Shown in pieces: positions 11,064 through 22,767 of a stretch of 64,000 bases of DNA. The stretch comes from Moorena producens. Lineage in GTDB: Bacteria; Cyanobacteriota; Cyanobacteriia; Cyanobacteriales; Coleofasciculaceae. The translations under genes and the position numbers were made by a program. A model generated the notes under the pieces. That model was not told where the DNA came from, searched no databases, and saw only the letters and a list, made by a program, of their open reading frames with translations. Numbering within the stretch: the first letter of the stretch is position 1; each line of letters opens with the position of its first letter. The stretch is from the NCBI RefSeq assembly GCF_965240435.1, contig NZ_CBDEKO010000003.1. One strand, written 5' to 3'.

Positions 11064-11271
11064 AATCTCTATTTTTAGATAGAGTAAGTATCAAATAAAT
11101 CACTGAACATAAATTATGTTAATTATGTGATTAAGAAAATTAAAGTTGCTCAAACCCTTTCTGTTCCAAGATACCCGATCACCCATCCGAAGTTCCCTGG
11201 TCTGAACAGTCAACTTGAATTATGTCTGGCTACCGACTATGATATGTAAATCCTAGAGATGGTGTAGCCAA

Positions 11272-11643
11272 ATGACCCAGCTGAAATGCCCTAAATGTGA
11301 AGGAACCTTAGAAGCAGTTGTGTATTCAAGGATTCCTGTAGACCGCTGCAGCAGCTGTCAAGGGATCTGGTTTGATTCCATGGAAGCTCAACTGTTGAAG
11401 GACATAAAAGGCTCCGAGATTATAGATACAGGTGACCCGAAAACAGGGAGTAACTTTAATGAAATTAGAGATATTAATTGCCCGAAATGCCAGACAAAAC
11501 TGACCAAAATGGTTGATCTAAAACAGACTCATATTCGGTATGAAAAATGCCCGGTATGCTATGGTATATGGTTTGATGCTGGTGAATTTAAGGATTATAA
11601 GGAAGAGGGAATAGCAGACTTTTTTAAGGATATTTTTAGCTAA
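11272..11643 (+). CDS. Tandem zinc-ribbon (TFIIB-type zf) domain protein
   Basis: Two copies of CPKC-x15-CxxCxGxWFD. Confidence 0.5.
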   Translation: MTQLKCPKCEGTLEAVVYSRIPVDRCSSCQGIWFDSMEAQLLKDIKGSEIIDTGDPKTGSNFNEIRDINCPKCQTKLTKMVDLKQTHIRYEKCPVCYGIWFDAGEFKDYKEEGIADFFKDIFS

Positions 11644-11784
11644 TTAATAGCCTAATTAGCAATTTAAAATTTAAATTAATTGGCTGCGACTGGGAAAACC
11701 TATGGGAAAAGGTAGTAGCTTGACCACGATGCTAATTTCCCTGATCAAGCAGGTTCGAGATGCTCAAGTCCGAAATGATCAACT

Positions 11785-13623
11785 CTATTGGGCTGGTTTT
11801 GGTAAAGTGATGATAAATTCACTATATGCTCCCACTTCAGTTTCCAGCTTCAAGGTTCCTCCATGCTGACCGACGATGATATCATGGGTCATTGATAATC
11901 CTAATCCTGTTCCTTCTCCAGTGGGTTTAGTGGTAAAGAAAGGATGGAAAATTTTATCTTTAATCTCCGGTGGTATCCCTATACCATTGTCACGGATGCG
12001 GATTTCTACCATCTGCTCCAGATTTTGGGTTTTGACCCGCAATGTCGCGGTAAAGGCTTTCTCCACCTGATCTGGATCTGACTGATAAGATTGCTGTTTG
12101 GTTTGAACCGCATAGCAACTGTTGTCAAGTAGGTTAATGAAGGCGCGGCTAAGATCATTTGATACTAGCTCTAATGGTTCAATAGAGTTATCGTAATCTG
12201 TGTCAATGATAATATTGAAGCGATTGTCAGAGGCTCGCTTGCTGTGATACACCAACTGTACTGCTTCGGCTAAAAGTTCATTAAGGTCAGTCAGTTGATG
12301 TTGAGAGCTCTCGGTTCGTGCGTGCAGCATCATACTGCTAATAATGCTATCGGCTCTGTTCCCGTGCTTATTGATAGCTAGGGAATTTTCTTTGATGTCG
12401 GTTAGAATCTCTTTGAGATAGTCTAGAGCGTCTGGATCGAGATGTTGAGATTGGTTGTCAAGTTCTTCAATCGCTTCCTCCACCAGCTCAACGGAACCTT
12501 CAGCATAGTTGTTAACAAAGTTGAGAGGATTTCTGAGCTCATGGGCAATACCTGCGGTTAACGCCCCGAGGGAGGCAAGTTTTTCTTGGACAACAATCTG
12601 CTGTTGAGCAGCTTTTAATTCGACGGTTCTTTGTTCTACTTTCTCTTCTAGGTTGTGGGAATAGTCTTCTAGTTGCCCATTGGCTTGCTGCAAATCCTGA
12701 TTCAGTTGAGAGAGTTCCGCGAGTAATCGCTCCCGCTCGGCTTCGGCTCGTTTACGTTCGGTGATGTCTTGAAAGGCTGCGATCGCATAAGCCACATTTC
12801 GCTCTTGATCATAGATCGGTGTACCCCAAGCTTCTACAGGAATCATCTTATCCCGTTGGCGTATTTCCATATCGTCAACTGCCACACTCTCCCCCTGCAA
12901 CGCCCTCAAAATCGGATTCTGTGCTTTCGGGTAAAGTTGCTCAGTTCCAGCGAGATAAATCTGATAAGTGTCTTGTAACTGTGACTTTTTAGCTGACTCT
13001 ATGATGGCTCTGTCTGAAATCTGCTGTCCAGCTTTATTGATCAAATAAGGCTTACCCTTGGCATCAGTTACACATACTCCCACAGGCATGGCTTCTAAGA
13101 ACTGCCTCAAGCGATTCTCATTTTCATGGAGTTGGGAAATTAAATCAGCTTGTTCGCGGTTGGATTTTTCTAGCGCTTGATTCATTGTCTGGAGTTGAGC
13201 ATTTTTTTCAGCTAGCGCCTTATCCTGAGAATAACTATACAATGCCTCTTTTACAGTGATTCTGAGGTCGTCAGCCTGCCAAGGCTTAGGGATATAACGA
13301 TATAATTTAGCATAGTTAATGACATTTCCCACCGCTTCCAAATCCGCTTGCCCAGTCAACATAATTTTGAGGGTTTTCGGTGAAATAGTATGAATGCGTT
13401 TTAGTAATTCATCCCCTTTCAGATTGGGCATGATGTAATCAGAAATAACCAGGGCAACTTCATAGTCATCCTCTACTAATTCTTCGAAGACTTCTAACGC
13501 TTCTTCCCCACCTTGGGTCATTTCAATCAGATAGTTATCTCCCAAACTAGTTTCTAGCTCTATTTTCAGGCTATCTAGGATGGTTTGTTCGTCATCAACA
13601 CAGATAATGGCAGTTCGATTCAT
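11785..13623 (-). CDS. Hybrid sensor histidine kinase (N-terminal REC, PAS, HisKA, HATPase_c)
   Basis: N-terminal receiver (VCVDDE...ISDYIMP..KGDEL), a coiled coil, PAS, the H-box IAHELRNPLNF and the N/G1/G2 boxes (NLLDNSCYA, DNGIGIP, GTGLGLS). Confidence 0.85.
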   Translation of the reverse strand: MNRTAIICVDDEQTILDSLKIELETSLGDNYLIEMTQGGEEALEVFEELVEDDYEVALVISDYIMPNLKGDELLKRIHTISPKTLKIMLTGQADLEAVGNVINYAKLYRYIPKPWQADDLRITVKEALYSYSQDKALAEKNAQLQTMNQALEKSNREQADLISQLHENENRLRQFLEAMPVGVCVTDAKGKPYLINKAGQQISDRAIIESAKKSQLQDTYQIYLAGTEQLYPKAQNPILRALQGESVAVDDMEIRQRDKMIPVEAWGTPIYDQERNVAYAIAAFQDITERKRAEAERERLLAELSQLNQDLQQANGQLEDYSHNLEEKVEQRTVELKAAQQQIVVQEKLASLGALTAGIAHELRNPLNFVNNYAEGSVELVEEAIEELDNQSQHLDPDALDYLKEILTDIKENSLAINKHGNRADSIISSMMLHARTESSQHQLTDLNELLAEAVQLVYHSKRASDNRFNIIIDTDYDNSIEPLELVSNDLSRAFINLLDNSCYAVQTKQQSYQSDPDQVEKAFTATLRVKTQNLEQMVEIRIRDNGIGIPPEIKDKIFHPFFTTKPTGEGTGLGLSMTHDIIVGQHGGTLKLETEVGAYSEFIITLPKPAQ

Positions 13624-14039
13624 AATTCGACTAAAGCATCCTGAATTGTTAAAATTAATTCCCGAGTATTCCAGGGTTTATGTAAACATCGATATAAGTT
13701 AGCATATTGTTTCGCCCGTTCAACCGCTTCCTCATCAGCTTGTCCCGTTAGCATCACTTTAATAATATCGGGATATTTATGATGGACATTAATCAGAAAT
13801 TGATCCCCTTTCATTCCTGGCATTAACCAATCGGAGACAATAATCAGAATTTGTTCTCCATTATCATAGAGTTCATCAATGATTTCCAAGGCTTCATCAG
13901 CACTTTCAGCAAATTCATAGAGATACTTATCTTCAAAAGCTGCTTGAAGTTCCATCTCCAAGCTTTTCAAAATCGATATTTCATCATCAACACATAAAAT
14001 TACGGCGTCAGACATGACTAGTTCCCTCATTGAATTCAT
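13620..14039 (-). CDS. Single-domain response regulator (CheY-like REC)
   Basis: VILCVDDE...IVSDWLMPGMKGDQF...LTGQAD. It overlaps the downstream kinase by 4 nt (ATGA), which suggests translational coupling. Confidence 0.85.
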   Translation of the reverse strand: MNSMRELVMSDAVILCVDDEISILKSLEMELQAAFEDKYLYEFAESADEALEIIDELYDNGEQILIIVSDWLMPGMKGDQFLINVHHKYPDIIKVMLTGQADEEAVERAKQYANLYRCLHKPWNTRELILTIQDALVEL

Positions 14040-14511
14040 ACCAATTCTGGCCGATTACGGCTACAGATCAATTTCATCTGGCCATCTCCCGATCTGGCGA
14101 TCTCCCGATTTCCCCATCTGCATCTGTAATCCTACTTTGAAAAATTGCTATCAATAGTCAGAGAAACGGTCGAGATGGGTTGAGTAGGCAAGGTCGCGTT
14201 CGCTAGCCAACGCCCTTCGGGCTAATCCCATAAGTAATCTTACGGTCTTGATCGAAGATGACAAGTTTTTGGTAAGCCTCACACACCCCTCGATAAACCA
14301 GGGTTCTAAGGCGCTTAGTAAATTTCCTCAGTGAGCCGATAGCCTGGGAGTGTAATCATTATTGGTTACTATGGATGATTTAATGACATGGACTGCAACT
14401 AGTCACAGTTTTGACACTCCCCGCTCTTGCCTAGACCGGGTTTTTTTTCCTTGGACCATTGTTTATGAACTAGCTAAACTTATAACTAGCTACACTTATA
14501 ACTAGCTACAC

Positions 14512-14553
14512 TTATAAAGTTCCCCAGCAATCCTGTCCAAATAACAGTTTCAG
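14512..14553 (-). promoter_or_regulatory. Copy 1 of a recurring promoter module (minus-strand sense CTGAAACTGTTATTTGGACAGGATTGCTGGGGAACTTTATAAG)
   Basis: -35-like TTGGAC, a 17-nt spacer, then -10-like TATAAG. The same module recurs at 23960, 27043 and 32537. Confidence 0.45.
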
Positions 14554-14563
14554 GTTGATCATC

Positions 14564-16054
14564 TCAATGTACCTCCTCAGCCATCGGCTGTGGCTGCTGA
14601 ATCGGTAAGGAAACTGTAAAGGTAGTTTCACCAGGTACGGACTCCACCTCCATGTGTCCGTGATGTTTCTCTACAATTTTCCTAACAATATCTAATCCCA
14701 AACCACTGCCTTCTCCAGCGGCTTTCGTGGTAAAGAACGGCTGAAAGATTTTGGGCTGAATTTCAGGAGGAATCCCTTTGCCAGTGTCAGTAATGCTGAC
14801 CTTGATTTGGTCATCTTGCTGCCTCACATTAATGGTTAAAGTCCCCTTGTTCTCCATAGCTTGGAGAGCATTGTGAATCAGATTCGTCCAGACTTGATTG
14901 AGTTCATCAGGATAGCACCGGATAACTGGCAAAGAATCATCATAGTTTCTGTAGACGTCTACGCCATGTTTGAGTTGGTTATGATAAAGAGTCAAGACCG
15001 TGTCAATGCCGTCAGTAATCTGTGCATCTATCTTTTCCCCACTAGAGTCATAACGAGCATAAGTTTTCAAGGCAAACACCACTTTTGTGGCTCGTTCCAC
15101 GGCAGTGGTAATGTTGCGAGTACTCGTATAGAGGTTAGCTAACTGATAGGCAGTGGTTAAAATCATTTCGTTGTCTGGGTCTTTCAGGAGAGGCAAAAAC
15201 TCTTCAAAGTCCTCATAAACACCAATTCCCGCCAATAAATTGGCTAGCTTGACTGCTTTATCAATAGCGTAGGATTCCAGTTGGCTTTTCAACCTTCGTT
15301 TGAGTTGACGTTGCTCTCGGGTAGATAGAGGGGTAGTCTGTCGGCTGGAGTATTGGAGTAAGGCCAACACATCGGACTGACGTTCTGGCGAGAGTCCTTG
15401 AAAAAATGAGGGTAATTGGTGGAGGTGGTCGTTGAAGAAGTTAGACAGATTGCCCACACAGGAGCGAATTGCTCCCAGGGGAGTATTGATTTCGTGAGCG
15501 ATTCCTGCAACCAGTTGTCCAAGAGCAGCGAGTTTTTCTTGGGCGATTATCTGGCTTTGGGCAGCTTCGAGCTGTTCTAGGGTGTTTTGCCACCTCGCTT
15601 CTGCTGACCTTCGCTGTTCAATTTCCTCTTTAAGAAGGGCATTTTGCTCCTTGAGGGCCTTTGCCTGACATTGCAGTTGCAAATGGGTTCTAACTCTGGC
15701 TAATACTTCCTCTGACTGAATCGGTTTGGTCAGATAGTCCACTGCTCCGAGAGAAAAACCCTTGACCTTGTTCACGGTCTCGCTCAGGGCTGTCATAAAA
15801 ATCACAGGAATTTCACGGGTTAACGGATTTTCCTTCAGCCGATGGCACGTTTCAAATCCATCAATTCCTGGCATCATCACATCTAACACAATCAGATCTG
15901 GCGGTTTATAGTCAACCTGTTCAATGGCGCTTTCGCCATCAGTGGCGACTGCAACTTTGAAACCAGCACTGATCAATGTTGTGGATAGTACTTCTAAATT
16001 GGTGGCGATATCATCTACAATTAATATTAGTTGTTGATCCTGGCCATTGATCAT
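14564..16054 (-). CDS. Hybrid sensor histidine kinase (N-terminal REC, coiled coil, HisKA, HATPase_c)
   Basis: REC (LIVDDIATN...LDVMMPGIDGFE), H-box IAHEINTPLGAI, G-boxes (DTGKGIP, GSGLGLD). Confidence 0.85.
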   Translation of the reverse strand: MINGQDQQLILIVDDIATNLEVLSTTLISAGFKVAVATDGESAIEQVDYKPPDLIVLDVMMPGIDGFETCHRLKENPLTREIPVIFMTALSETVNKVKGFSLGAVDYLTKPIQSEEVLARVRTHLQLQCQAKALKEQNALLKEEIEQRRSAEARWQNTLEQLEAAQSQIIAQEKLAALGQLVAGIAHEINTPLGAIRSCVGNLSNFFNDHLHQLPSFFQGLSPERQSDVLALLQYSSRQTTPLSTREQRQLKRRLKSQLESYAIDKAVKLANLLAGIGVYEDFEEFLPLLKDPDNEMILTTAYQLANLYTSTRNITTAVERATKVVFALKTYARYDSSGEKIDAQITDGIDTVLTLYHNQLKHGVDVYRNYDDSLPVIRCYPDELNQVWTNLIHNALQAMENKGTLTINVRQQDDQIKVSITDTGKGIPPEIQPKIFQPFFTTKAAGEGSGLGLDIVRKIVEKHHGHMEVESVPGETTFTVSLPIQQPQPMAEEVH

Positions 16055-16363
16055 TGTTACACCTTTTTATAGAGTGGTCGAAGCAAGTAACCAATTAATA
16101 AATCGTTGCTAAACCATCCTGATAACTCCTAATAACCCTAACCATAAATCTATCAGCATTACTTCCTAATAGTTAAACCGTAAAACTAGGATTTTATTAA
16201 TGTTAATCCCATTCCCTAAAACTTTGCTCTCATTATCCATGACTGTTTGCTTAGCCGAAAAGTAGGCTATTGCCTGATCCCTGGCAAGGGTAGCATGGGC
16301 TTAGGGCGTTAACTGACGGCACCTCAAGTAGTGTGGGCGTAGGCGGATAGGCTTACCTCTTAA

Positions 16364-19300
16364 CTAATTACGTTCCAGGTATTGTTTGATGAAATCTTGG
16401 ATTTTTTTAACCTGAAAGCCTTGAGCGAATTGCTGGATATGTTGGACAAAAATCGCAAATTTATCATCGGATTTATCCAGAGTATCCACTTGTTCTAGAA
16501 TTTCGCTGATTAAGCCTGTTCTGGCCAAATCATAGAGCTGAGCAAGTTTTTCAGCTGGGGGAGGGATAATCTCTGTAGTTTGACATGAGATGTTTTCAGC
16601 CATCATCTTTTCTCGTTCTTCTTTTCCTTCATACACCCATTCCAGTCTCAGATGCATCCGTAATATCTCGAATAGTTTTTCTGAATCTACTGGCTTGGGC
16701 AGAAACTCGTCCGCCCCAGACTCAATACTCTTGTGTTGGTGAGTATCAAATACGCTGGCTGAGCAAGCAATCACCACTACTGACTGTAATTGGGGAGATT
16801 CTCGCAGCTGTCGGATCAATTCCCAACCATTCATCCCTGGCATGAGCAAGTCCGTAATAATTACCTCAGGCTGACACTGAGCTTTCTCCAAACCCTCTTG
16901 ACCGTTGGTGGCCTCCACCAGTTCAAACCCAAGGGGGGCAAGCAGATTAACCAAAACCATGCGATTTTCCCATTTATCATCCACCACCAGGATTTTCCGC
17001 CCCTGGCCTTTGAAGCCAATGATCCCTGTTTGAGAAGCCATGGGGGCATGTAAGCTTTCTGTGGCTTCTGGCAACTCCAAATCAAACCAAAACACACTGC
17101 CAATTTCCGGCTGGCTCCTGACTTCTAAGGTAGAGTTCATCATACACAGGAGTTTCTGAGTAATTGCTAATCCCAATCCTGTCCCTTCTGCTTTGCGAAA
17201 GGGATTTCCTACTTGCTCAAAGGGTAAAAAAATCTTTTGTAATTGCTCTGGGGTTATACCAATCCCAGTATCTTCCACTTGAAACCGGATTTTTGTCCTT
17301 TTTTCTTTGTTAAGCTCCCTTGTGAAGGAGGGTGATGGGGAGATATCCTTTTGGGTAGATTCAAGGACACTCACTTTCAAGGTTACTTCCCCAGAGTCAG
17401 TAAACTTGATGGCATTACTTAGGAGATTCATCAGTACTTGTCGTAGGCGTTTCTCATCCCCATAGATGCCATTGGGAAGTTGAGAAAGGGGTTGGTAAGT
17501 AAATACAATGTCCTTCTGATTAGCGCGGATACTGCAGATGTCAACCAGGTTTTCCAGAAAGGAGGAAAAATGAAAATTTCTAGGAACGAGTTCCATTTTC
17601 CTGGCTTCAATTTTGGATAGATCTAGAATGTCGTTAATCAGGGTTAACAAGTGTGAACCACACTGATGAATGATGTGGACGCCTTTGAGTTCCTCAGGAG
17701 TCATGGTTTTGGACTTTTTGAGGATTTGGGTGTAGCCGAGGATACCATTAAGGGGAGTTCTTAGTTCGTGGCTCATGTTAGCCAGGAATTCGCTTTTGGC
17801 ACGATTGGCAACTTCCGCAGCCTCTTTAGCATGTTGCAGTGCGGCTTCCGCTTGGTTGCGAGCAGTGACATCAACCATAACCGCTAGAGACCGAACCACC
17901 TGACCTAACTCATCTTGTTCAGCAATAGCGGAAAGAAGCACGTCAATGATTTCTCCATTCTTGCAAATCACATGATAGGGAACATCCAAGCACATTTCTG
18001 TCTCAAAACATTTAGGCAGAAACACCCCTTGGGTGTACTGGCGTGATTCTGTTAAAAAATCAGTTGATTGTCTTCCAATAACTTCATTACGATCGTAGCC
18101 TAACTTCTTTTGCCAGTAGTTACTGACACTGAGCAATTTACCATTGCTATCAATCGAATGCAGCATAACTGGTGTATTTTGATAGAGCGTGCGAAAGCGT
18201 TCTCTGCTCAGCCGCAGCTCCTCCTCGGCCTGTTTGCGATCGCTAATATCTTTATGGGTTCCTGCCATTCGTTTCGGGTTGCCCTTGTGATCATGAGCCA
18301 CGACTTTACCGTAAATGGCAATCCATTTCCATTGACCAGATTTGGTTCGTACTCTATGGTCACAGGCAAAGAGAACCGAACTATTTTTTAGACAAGCATT
18401 CAGCAACGACTTTACCAAGGCTTTATCCTCTGGATGTATCAGCTTTTCCCAACTGCTGAGGTATCCTGGTAGTTCATCCACATCATAGCCCAGCATTTCT
18501 AACCACCGGGGACTGTAATAAACCTCTCCAGTCATGATGTTCCAGTCCCAGAGTCCATCACCGGATCCTTCTAAAGCTAGCTGCAAGCGTTCCTGACTCA
18601 GTCCCAGTTCCTCTTCTGCGTGCTGATGCTCTACCTTAGCCCGTGCTAGTAAACCAGAACCAATACCAATTAGCACCACTAAACTACCATAAAGCAGCCC
18701 TAGCGGCTTCCAGGAATCACGGGAGCGTTCATTTATCACCTTAGGGGAAATGTAGGTGACAATTTTCCAGGTATCGGAGTTAGCATCGATCGTAGTGGGA
18801 TCAGAAAAACGCTTTTGTACAGGAGTTTTACCTGTTTGCATCTCGTAGAAAGGATGAACAGTGGTAAAGGTAAACTTACCGTTAGTAGTTTCAAATTGCC
18901 CCTGATCAGCCTTAGAAATCCGTTGCCATTCTTTTGGAAACCCCTTGGCAAAGGTACGGTCCTTGCGGTTAGGATACATGAATCCCCATTCATCCTCTGG
19001 CTTGGTTCCCTTCAGCCAAAATCCCTCACCATTCAACAGCATCATTTCCCCTAATGACGTATTATTTTCGGCTTCCAAACTATTGATGAAATGTTTAGGA
19101 AAATAGTTAATCATGACGATGCCCCGTTTCTGACCATAACTGTCAAACACAGGGCTACCAACGCGAATCACTGGCTTCAGGGGGTGTTCAATTTTTCCAT
19201 TTTCGACATTCAGGTCTAGGGGAGAGACAAACATTTCTCCCTTTGGCAAAGCTAAGGTTTTTTGAAACCAGTAACGATTTGCCTTGACTTGCAGTTGTTC

Positions 19301-19744
19301 CTCAGGCACAATAACCGGCTGACCTTGGTTAAAGTTGACTCTAACAATTTCTTTACCAGTTGTATCCAGAAAGCGAATTTGGTCATAAAGCCCTTTCTCT
19401 CGAACCAGGATCAGATATTCTTGAGTAAGGGCCATGCGCCACCTTTCAGTTTCTTCGGTAGCATCACTGGTGCTATCTAACATTGCCCGTAACTCATTTT
19501 GATTGGCTAGGAATCTCAAGTCTGATTCAATGACATGGAAATCACTAGCTGCTCCTTGAGCTGCCATCTCAACATTACGAATTTCATTAAGGTTGACTTC
19601 TGTTGTGTCAACCTTAACCTCGGTGCGATGCATGAGCACTAGAAAACTTCCTATCCCTATCGTTAAAGGTATAAAAATAGCTAAAAAGTAGTTTAATTCG
19701 GCTATAGGGCTAATTTTTTTGATAGTTTTCATTGCTCCGATCAA
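16364..19744 (-). CDS. Sensor hybrid histidine kinase paralog A (TM, periplasmic Cache-like domain, TM, 2x PAS, HisKA, HATPase_c, REC, conserved C-terminal tail)
   Basis: 1126 aa. H-box [20 protein letters not shown]-boxes, REC ([12 protein letters not shown]...TDLLMPGMNGWE). The tail is ...LYDLARTGLISEILEQVDTLDKSDDKFAIFVQHIQQFAQGFQVKKIQDFIKQY. Confidence 0.9.
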   Translation of the reverse strand: MIGAMKTIKKISPIAELNYFLAIFIPLTIGIGSFLVLMHRTEVKVDTTEVNLNEIRNVEMAAQGAASDFHVIESDLRFLANQNELRAMLDSTSDATEETERWRMALTQEYLILVREKGLYDQIRFLDTTGKEIVRVNFNQGQPVIVPEEQLQVKANRYWFQKTLALPKGEMFVSPLDLNVENGKIEHPLKPVIRVGSPVFDSYGQKRGIVMINYFPKHFINSLEAENNTSLGEMMLLNGEGFWLKGTKPEDEWGFMYPNRKDRTFAKGFPKEWQRISKADQGQFETTNGKFTFTTVHPFYEMQTGKTPVQKRFSDPTTIDANSDTWKIVTYISPKVINERSRDSWKPLGLLYGSLVVLIGIGSGLLARAKVEHQHAEEELGLSQERLQLALEGSGDGLWDWNIMTGEVYYSPRWLEMLGYDVDELPGYLSSWEKLIHPEDKALVKSLLNACLKNSSVLFACDHRVRTKSGQWKWIAIYGKVVAHDHKGNPKRMAGTHKDISDRKQAEEELRLSRERFRTLYQNTPVMLHSIDSNGKLLSVSNYWQKKLGYDRNEVIGRQSTDFLTESRQYTQGVFLPKCFETEMCLDVPYHVICKNGEIIDVLLSAIAEQDELGQVVRSLAVMVDVTARNQAEAALQHAKEAAEVANRAKSEFLANMSHELRTPLNGILGYTQILKKSKTMTPEELKGVHIIHQCGSHLLTLINDILDLSKIEARKMELVPRNFHFSSFLENLVDICSIRANQKDIVFTYQPLSQLPNGIYGDEKRLRQVLMNLLSNAIKFTDSGEVTLKVSVLESTQKDISPSPSFTRELNKEKRTKIRFQVEDTGIGITPEQLQKIFLPFEQVGNPFRKAEGTGLGLAITQKLLCMMNSTLEVRSQPEIGSVFWFDLELPEATESLHAPMASQTGIIGFKGQGRKILVVDDKWENRMVLVNLLAPLGFELVEATNGQEGLEKAQCQPEVIITDLLMPGMNGWELIRQLRESPQLQSVVVIACSASVFDTHQHKSIESGADEFLPKPVDSEKLFEILRMHLRLEWVYEGKEEREKMMAENISCQTTEIIPPPAEKLAQLYDLARTGLISEILEQVDTLDKSDDKFAIFVQHIQQFAQGFQVKKIQDFIKQYLERN

Positions 19745-19916
19745 CTAGTTTAGTTTTTGCTAGTTTTTAAAAAGTATTCTGTTCACTGTTACCCTTTAAT
19801 TGTTCCCTTTAATTACAAAAAAACTGTAGTCTTATTTTTTTTGTTAAAAAAATAGTCACTACTTCTGCTGCCGCAACTATATATATTGTGTATAATTTAG
19901 TTATGACTCAATCCTA

Positions 19917-19982
19917 TAGCAAAGGGAACAGGAAGCAGGGAGTAGGGACCATGGACCATGGACTAGGAACTAGGGAACAAAA
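19917..19982. repeat. Heptamer repeat block (GGGAACA/GGGAGTA/GGACCAT) forming an inverted partner to the array at 20108-20182
   Basis: Direct reading. Confidence 0.8.
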
Positions 19983-20107
19983 ATTATCAAAATTATTACA
20001 CAGATTGCTATACACAATATAGAGTTTTATGCCTGGTTTTATGGTTTTTTAATTAACAAATTAATTTATAGTTTTTTTTAGCCTAATGAGTTACACAGGA
20101 TTTTTTC

Positions 20108-20182
20108 CCTCTTCCCTACTCCCTACTCCCTACTCCCTACTCCCTACTCCCTACTCCCTACTCCCTACTCCCTGCTCCCTTT
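20108..20182. repeat. STRR-like heptamer tandem array CTCCCTA x10
   Basis: Direct reading. Confidence 0.9.
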
Positions 20183-20192
20183 GCTATAATAA

Positions 20193-22760
20193 TTATTGCT
20201 CCCGATATTGCTGAATAAACTGTCGTATTTTCTTGAGTTTAAAGTCTTCGGCTAATTGACGGAGATGTTGACTGAATGGGATTAACTTATCATCCGTTTT
20301 TTCCAGGATTTCCACTTGTTTTAAAATGTCGCTAATTAAGCCAGTCTTCGCCAAATCGTACAGGTGGTCTAGTGCTTCTTGTGAGGGCGGCACCATCGAC
20401 TTTTTAGTTTTGAGGGGGGATGGTGGCTGGGTCGTGACGTTTTTATCTTTATCTTCTTCTTCTTCTTCATAAACCCATTCTAGTTTCAGATGTACCCGTA
20501 ACTTCTCTAATAGCTTTTTTGACTCTACGGGCTTGGGCAAAAAATCATCTGCTCCCGCCTCACTACTTTGGTTCTGGTGATCATCAAACACACTGGCTGA
20601 ACAAGCGATCACTGGCACTGATGAGAATTGGGAGGATTCTCGCAACCTTTGAATCATCTCAAAACCATCCATCTGTGGCATCAATAAGTCAGTAATAATC
20701 AGATCCGGTTGGAAGTCTGTGGCTTTCTCTAAACCCTCTTTACCATTGCTCGCTTCTTTTAGTTCAAAGCCAAGGGGAGCTAACAGATTCACTAGTACCC
20801 AGCAATTTTCTGGTTTATCATCCACCACCAGAATTTTGCGCCCTTTGCCTGACAAACCAATGATTGTCTTGTCAGGAGCGATCGCATCAGTTACCCCTGT
20901 CGCTTCTGGCAACTCCAAATCAAACCAAAATACACTGCCCACACCCAGCTGGCTTTGCACTTCCAAAGTAGAGCCCATCATCTCAAGCAGTTTCTGAGTA
21001 ATGGCTAATCCCAATCCGGTGCCTTCGGCTCGAGTTAAGGCATTCCCCACCTGCTCGAAGGGCAACACTATGCGTTCGATGTGTTCCGGACTCATACCAA
21101 TACCGGTGTCTTCAATTTCAAACCGAATTGTTCTGATCAGTCCATGGTTGTTTTGTTTTTTGTCTTTCTCCTTTGTTAAGGGCTTTGACTCGATGACATT
21201 TACCTTCAAGGTCACAATTCCCGTGTCAGTAAACTTAATGGCATTACCCAGTAAGTTAATTAGTATTTGTCGCAGCCGTTTTTCATCGCCATGGATGTGA
21301 TTGGGAAGTTGATTCTGGGGTTGGTAACTAAAGAAAAGGTCTTTCTGATCAGCCCGGATGCGACAGATGTCAACTAGATTTTCTAGAAAGGAGGGAAAAT
21401 GAAAATTCCTTGGGTACAGTTCCATTTTCTTGGCCTCGATTTTAGAAATGTCTAAAATATCGTTAATCAGGGTGAGTAGGTGGTTGCCACATTGGTGGAT
21501 AACACGGATGCCCTTGAGTTCCTCAGGGGTCATGATTTTAGAGCGTTGGAGGATTTGGGTATAGCCGAGGATGCCATTGAGGGGAGTGCGCAGTTCATGA
21601 CTCATATTGGCCAGGAACTCACTTTTAGCACGGTTGGCAATTTCAGCGGTTTCTTTAGCTGCTTGTAATTCTTGGCTGAGGAGCTGTTGACGTTGGACTT
21701 CTGCTTCTTTGGATGCTAAAAGATGCTTTACTTGTTTAATCAGATGATTCAAAGAAGTACCTAAGACTCCTATTTCATCTTGGGATATGATCGGGGCTTG
21801 TAGAGTAAAATCATCATCTTTAGTGACGCGCTGGGCTACCTCTGTTACTTGTTTAATGTTACGGATAATCAACAACGTGACCCTGTTGGCAACTAAGCTG
21901 GTAATTGCGGACCCCAGCAAGCACAAAGCACTGATACTTAACCACAACTGTCCCTGCACCTGCTCGAGAGGTGCGGCGGAGTAAAGTAAAACCAGTTTGC
22001 CCCCCTTGCCATTGATCCCAGTGATCTCTACAGTTTTGGCAATGTAGTTTTTCTCGGCAATAGTGACCTGCACTGGTAGGGATTGGATTGGCGGTGGCTG
22101 CCAAGGAGTGTTTTTAGCATCGGTTAAGGTAGAGGCAGTAACCTCAGAATCGTAGAAGGTAACCAGGTGATGGTGCCTATGGGGGCGTAATTGTTCGAGC
22201 CATTCATCGCTAATGGTAATGCCAACGATTATTCCCCCTAAGATTTCCTGGGCAGACTTCACCGAGGTTAGACCGACTAGAAGCGATGCTGTATTGTCTT
22301 CAGCTGGCAGGAAATCGAACAAATCCATGCCAATGCTTGCCGCTTGGTTGAGTGTCTCGTCAATTAGCTCAACTTGGTTAAGGTCTGCCTGCCGCAGTTC
22401 CAGCAATACAGACCCGTTCTTGTCTACGAGTTTAAGCAGATCGAGCTGATAAGATAACTGTATCGGCAGTAAATACTGAAATAGCTTTTCCCGGTTCCCT
22501 GTCGCAACCAATGTGGAAACTTTCTGTTTGTCAGCTATCCACCTTGCTTTCAGAAATAGAGTTTCTTTTTCCTGTTCAAAGGCATGCAATTGTACGGATG
22601 AGAAGTTCTCGATCTTATTTTTCAGTTGCAGTTCTATACGCTTAGTGAAAAAATAGCCCAAACTAAAGGTTCCTACTATCCACATGCCCAGGAACACAGA
22701 GAGCATCGGCCATAGTATTTTTGCTCTGAGGGAAAGTTTCGAGTACATCTGTCGGAACAT
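20193..22760 (-). CDS. Sensor hybrid histidine kinase paralog B (TM, periplasmic domain, TM, HAMP, HisKA, HATPase_c, REC, conserved C-terminal tail)
   Basis: The track ORF runs 20193..22955, but the likely start is [11 protein letters not shown] at 22760, 7 nt after the stop of the upstream PstS-like gene. The transmitter and receiver are ~90% identical to paralog C. Confidence 0.9.
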   Translation of the reverse strand: MFRQMYSKLSLRAKILWPMLSVFLGMWIVGTFSLGYFFTKRIELQLKNKIENFSSVQLHAFEQEKETLFLKARWIADKQKVSTLVATGNREKLFQYLLPIQLSYQLDLLKLVDKNGSVLLELRQADLNQVELIDETLNQAASIGMDLFDFLPAEDNTASLLVGLTSVKSAQEILGGIIVGITISDEWLEQLRPHRHHHLVTFYDSEVTASTLTDAKNTPWQPPPIQSLPVQVTIAEKNYIAKTVEITGINGKGGKLVLLYSAAPLEQVQGQLWLSISALCLLGSAITSLVANRVTLLIIRNIKQVTEVAQRVTKDDDFTLQAPIISQDEIGVLGTSLNHLIKQVKHLLASKEAEVQRQQLLSQELQAAKETAEIANRAKSEFLANMSHELRTPLNGILGYTQILQRSKIMTPEELKGIRVIHQCGNHLLTLINDILDISKIEAKKMELYPRNFHFPSFLENLVDICRIRADQKDLFFSYQPQNQLPNHIHGDEKRLRQILINLLGNAIKFTDTGIVTLKVNVIESKPLTKEKDKKQNNHGLIRTIRFEIEDTGIGMSPEHIERIVLPFEQVGNALTRAEGTGLGLAITQKLLEMMGSTLEVQSQLGVGSVFWFDLELPEATGVTDAIAPDKTIIGLSGKGRKILVVDDKPENCWVLVNLLAPLGFELKEASNGKEGLEKATDFQPDLIITDLLMPQMDGFEMIQRLRESSQFSSVPVIACSASVFDDHQNQSSEAGADDFLPKPVESKKLLEKLRVHLKLEWVYEEEEEDKDKNVTTQPPSPLKTKKSMVPPSQEALDHLYDLAKTGLISDILKQVEILEKTDDKLIPFSQHLRQLAEDFKLKKIRQFIQQYREQ

Positions 22761-22767
22761 GTCACTA

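Noticed and set aside
14160-14225. tRNA-like look of GGCAAGGTCGCGTTCGCTAGCCAACGCCCTTCGGGCTAAT
   Set aside because: It has no GTTCGANTCC T-arm, and the acceptor ends do not pair. It is part of the conserved leader instead.
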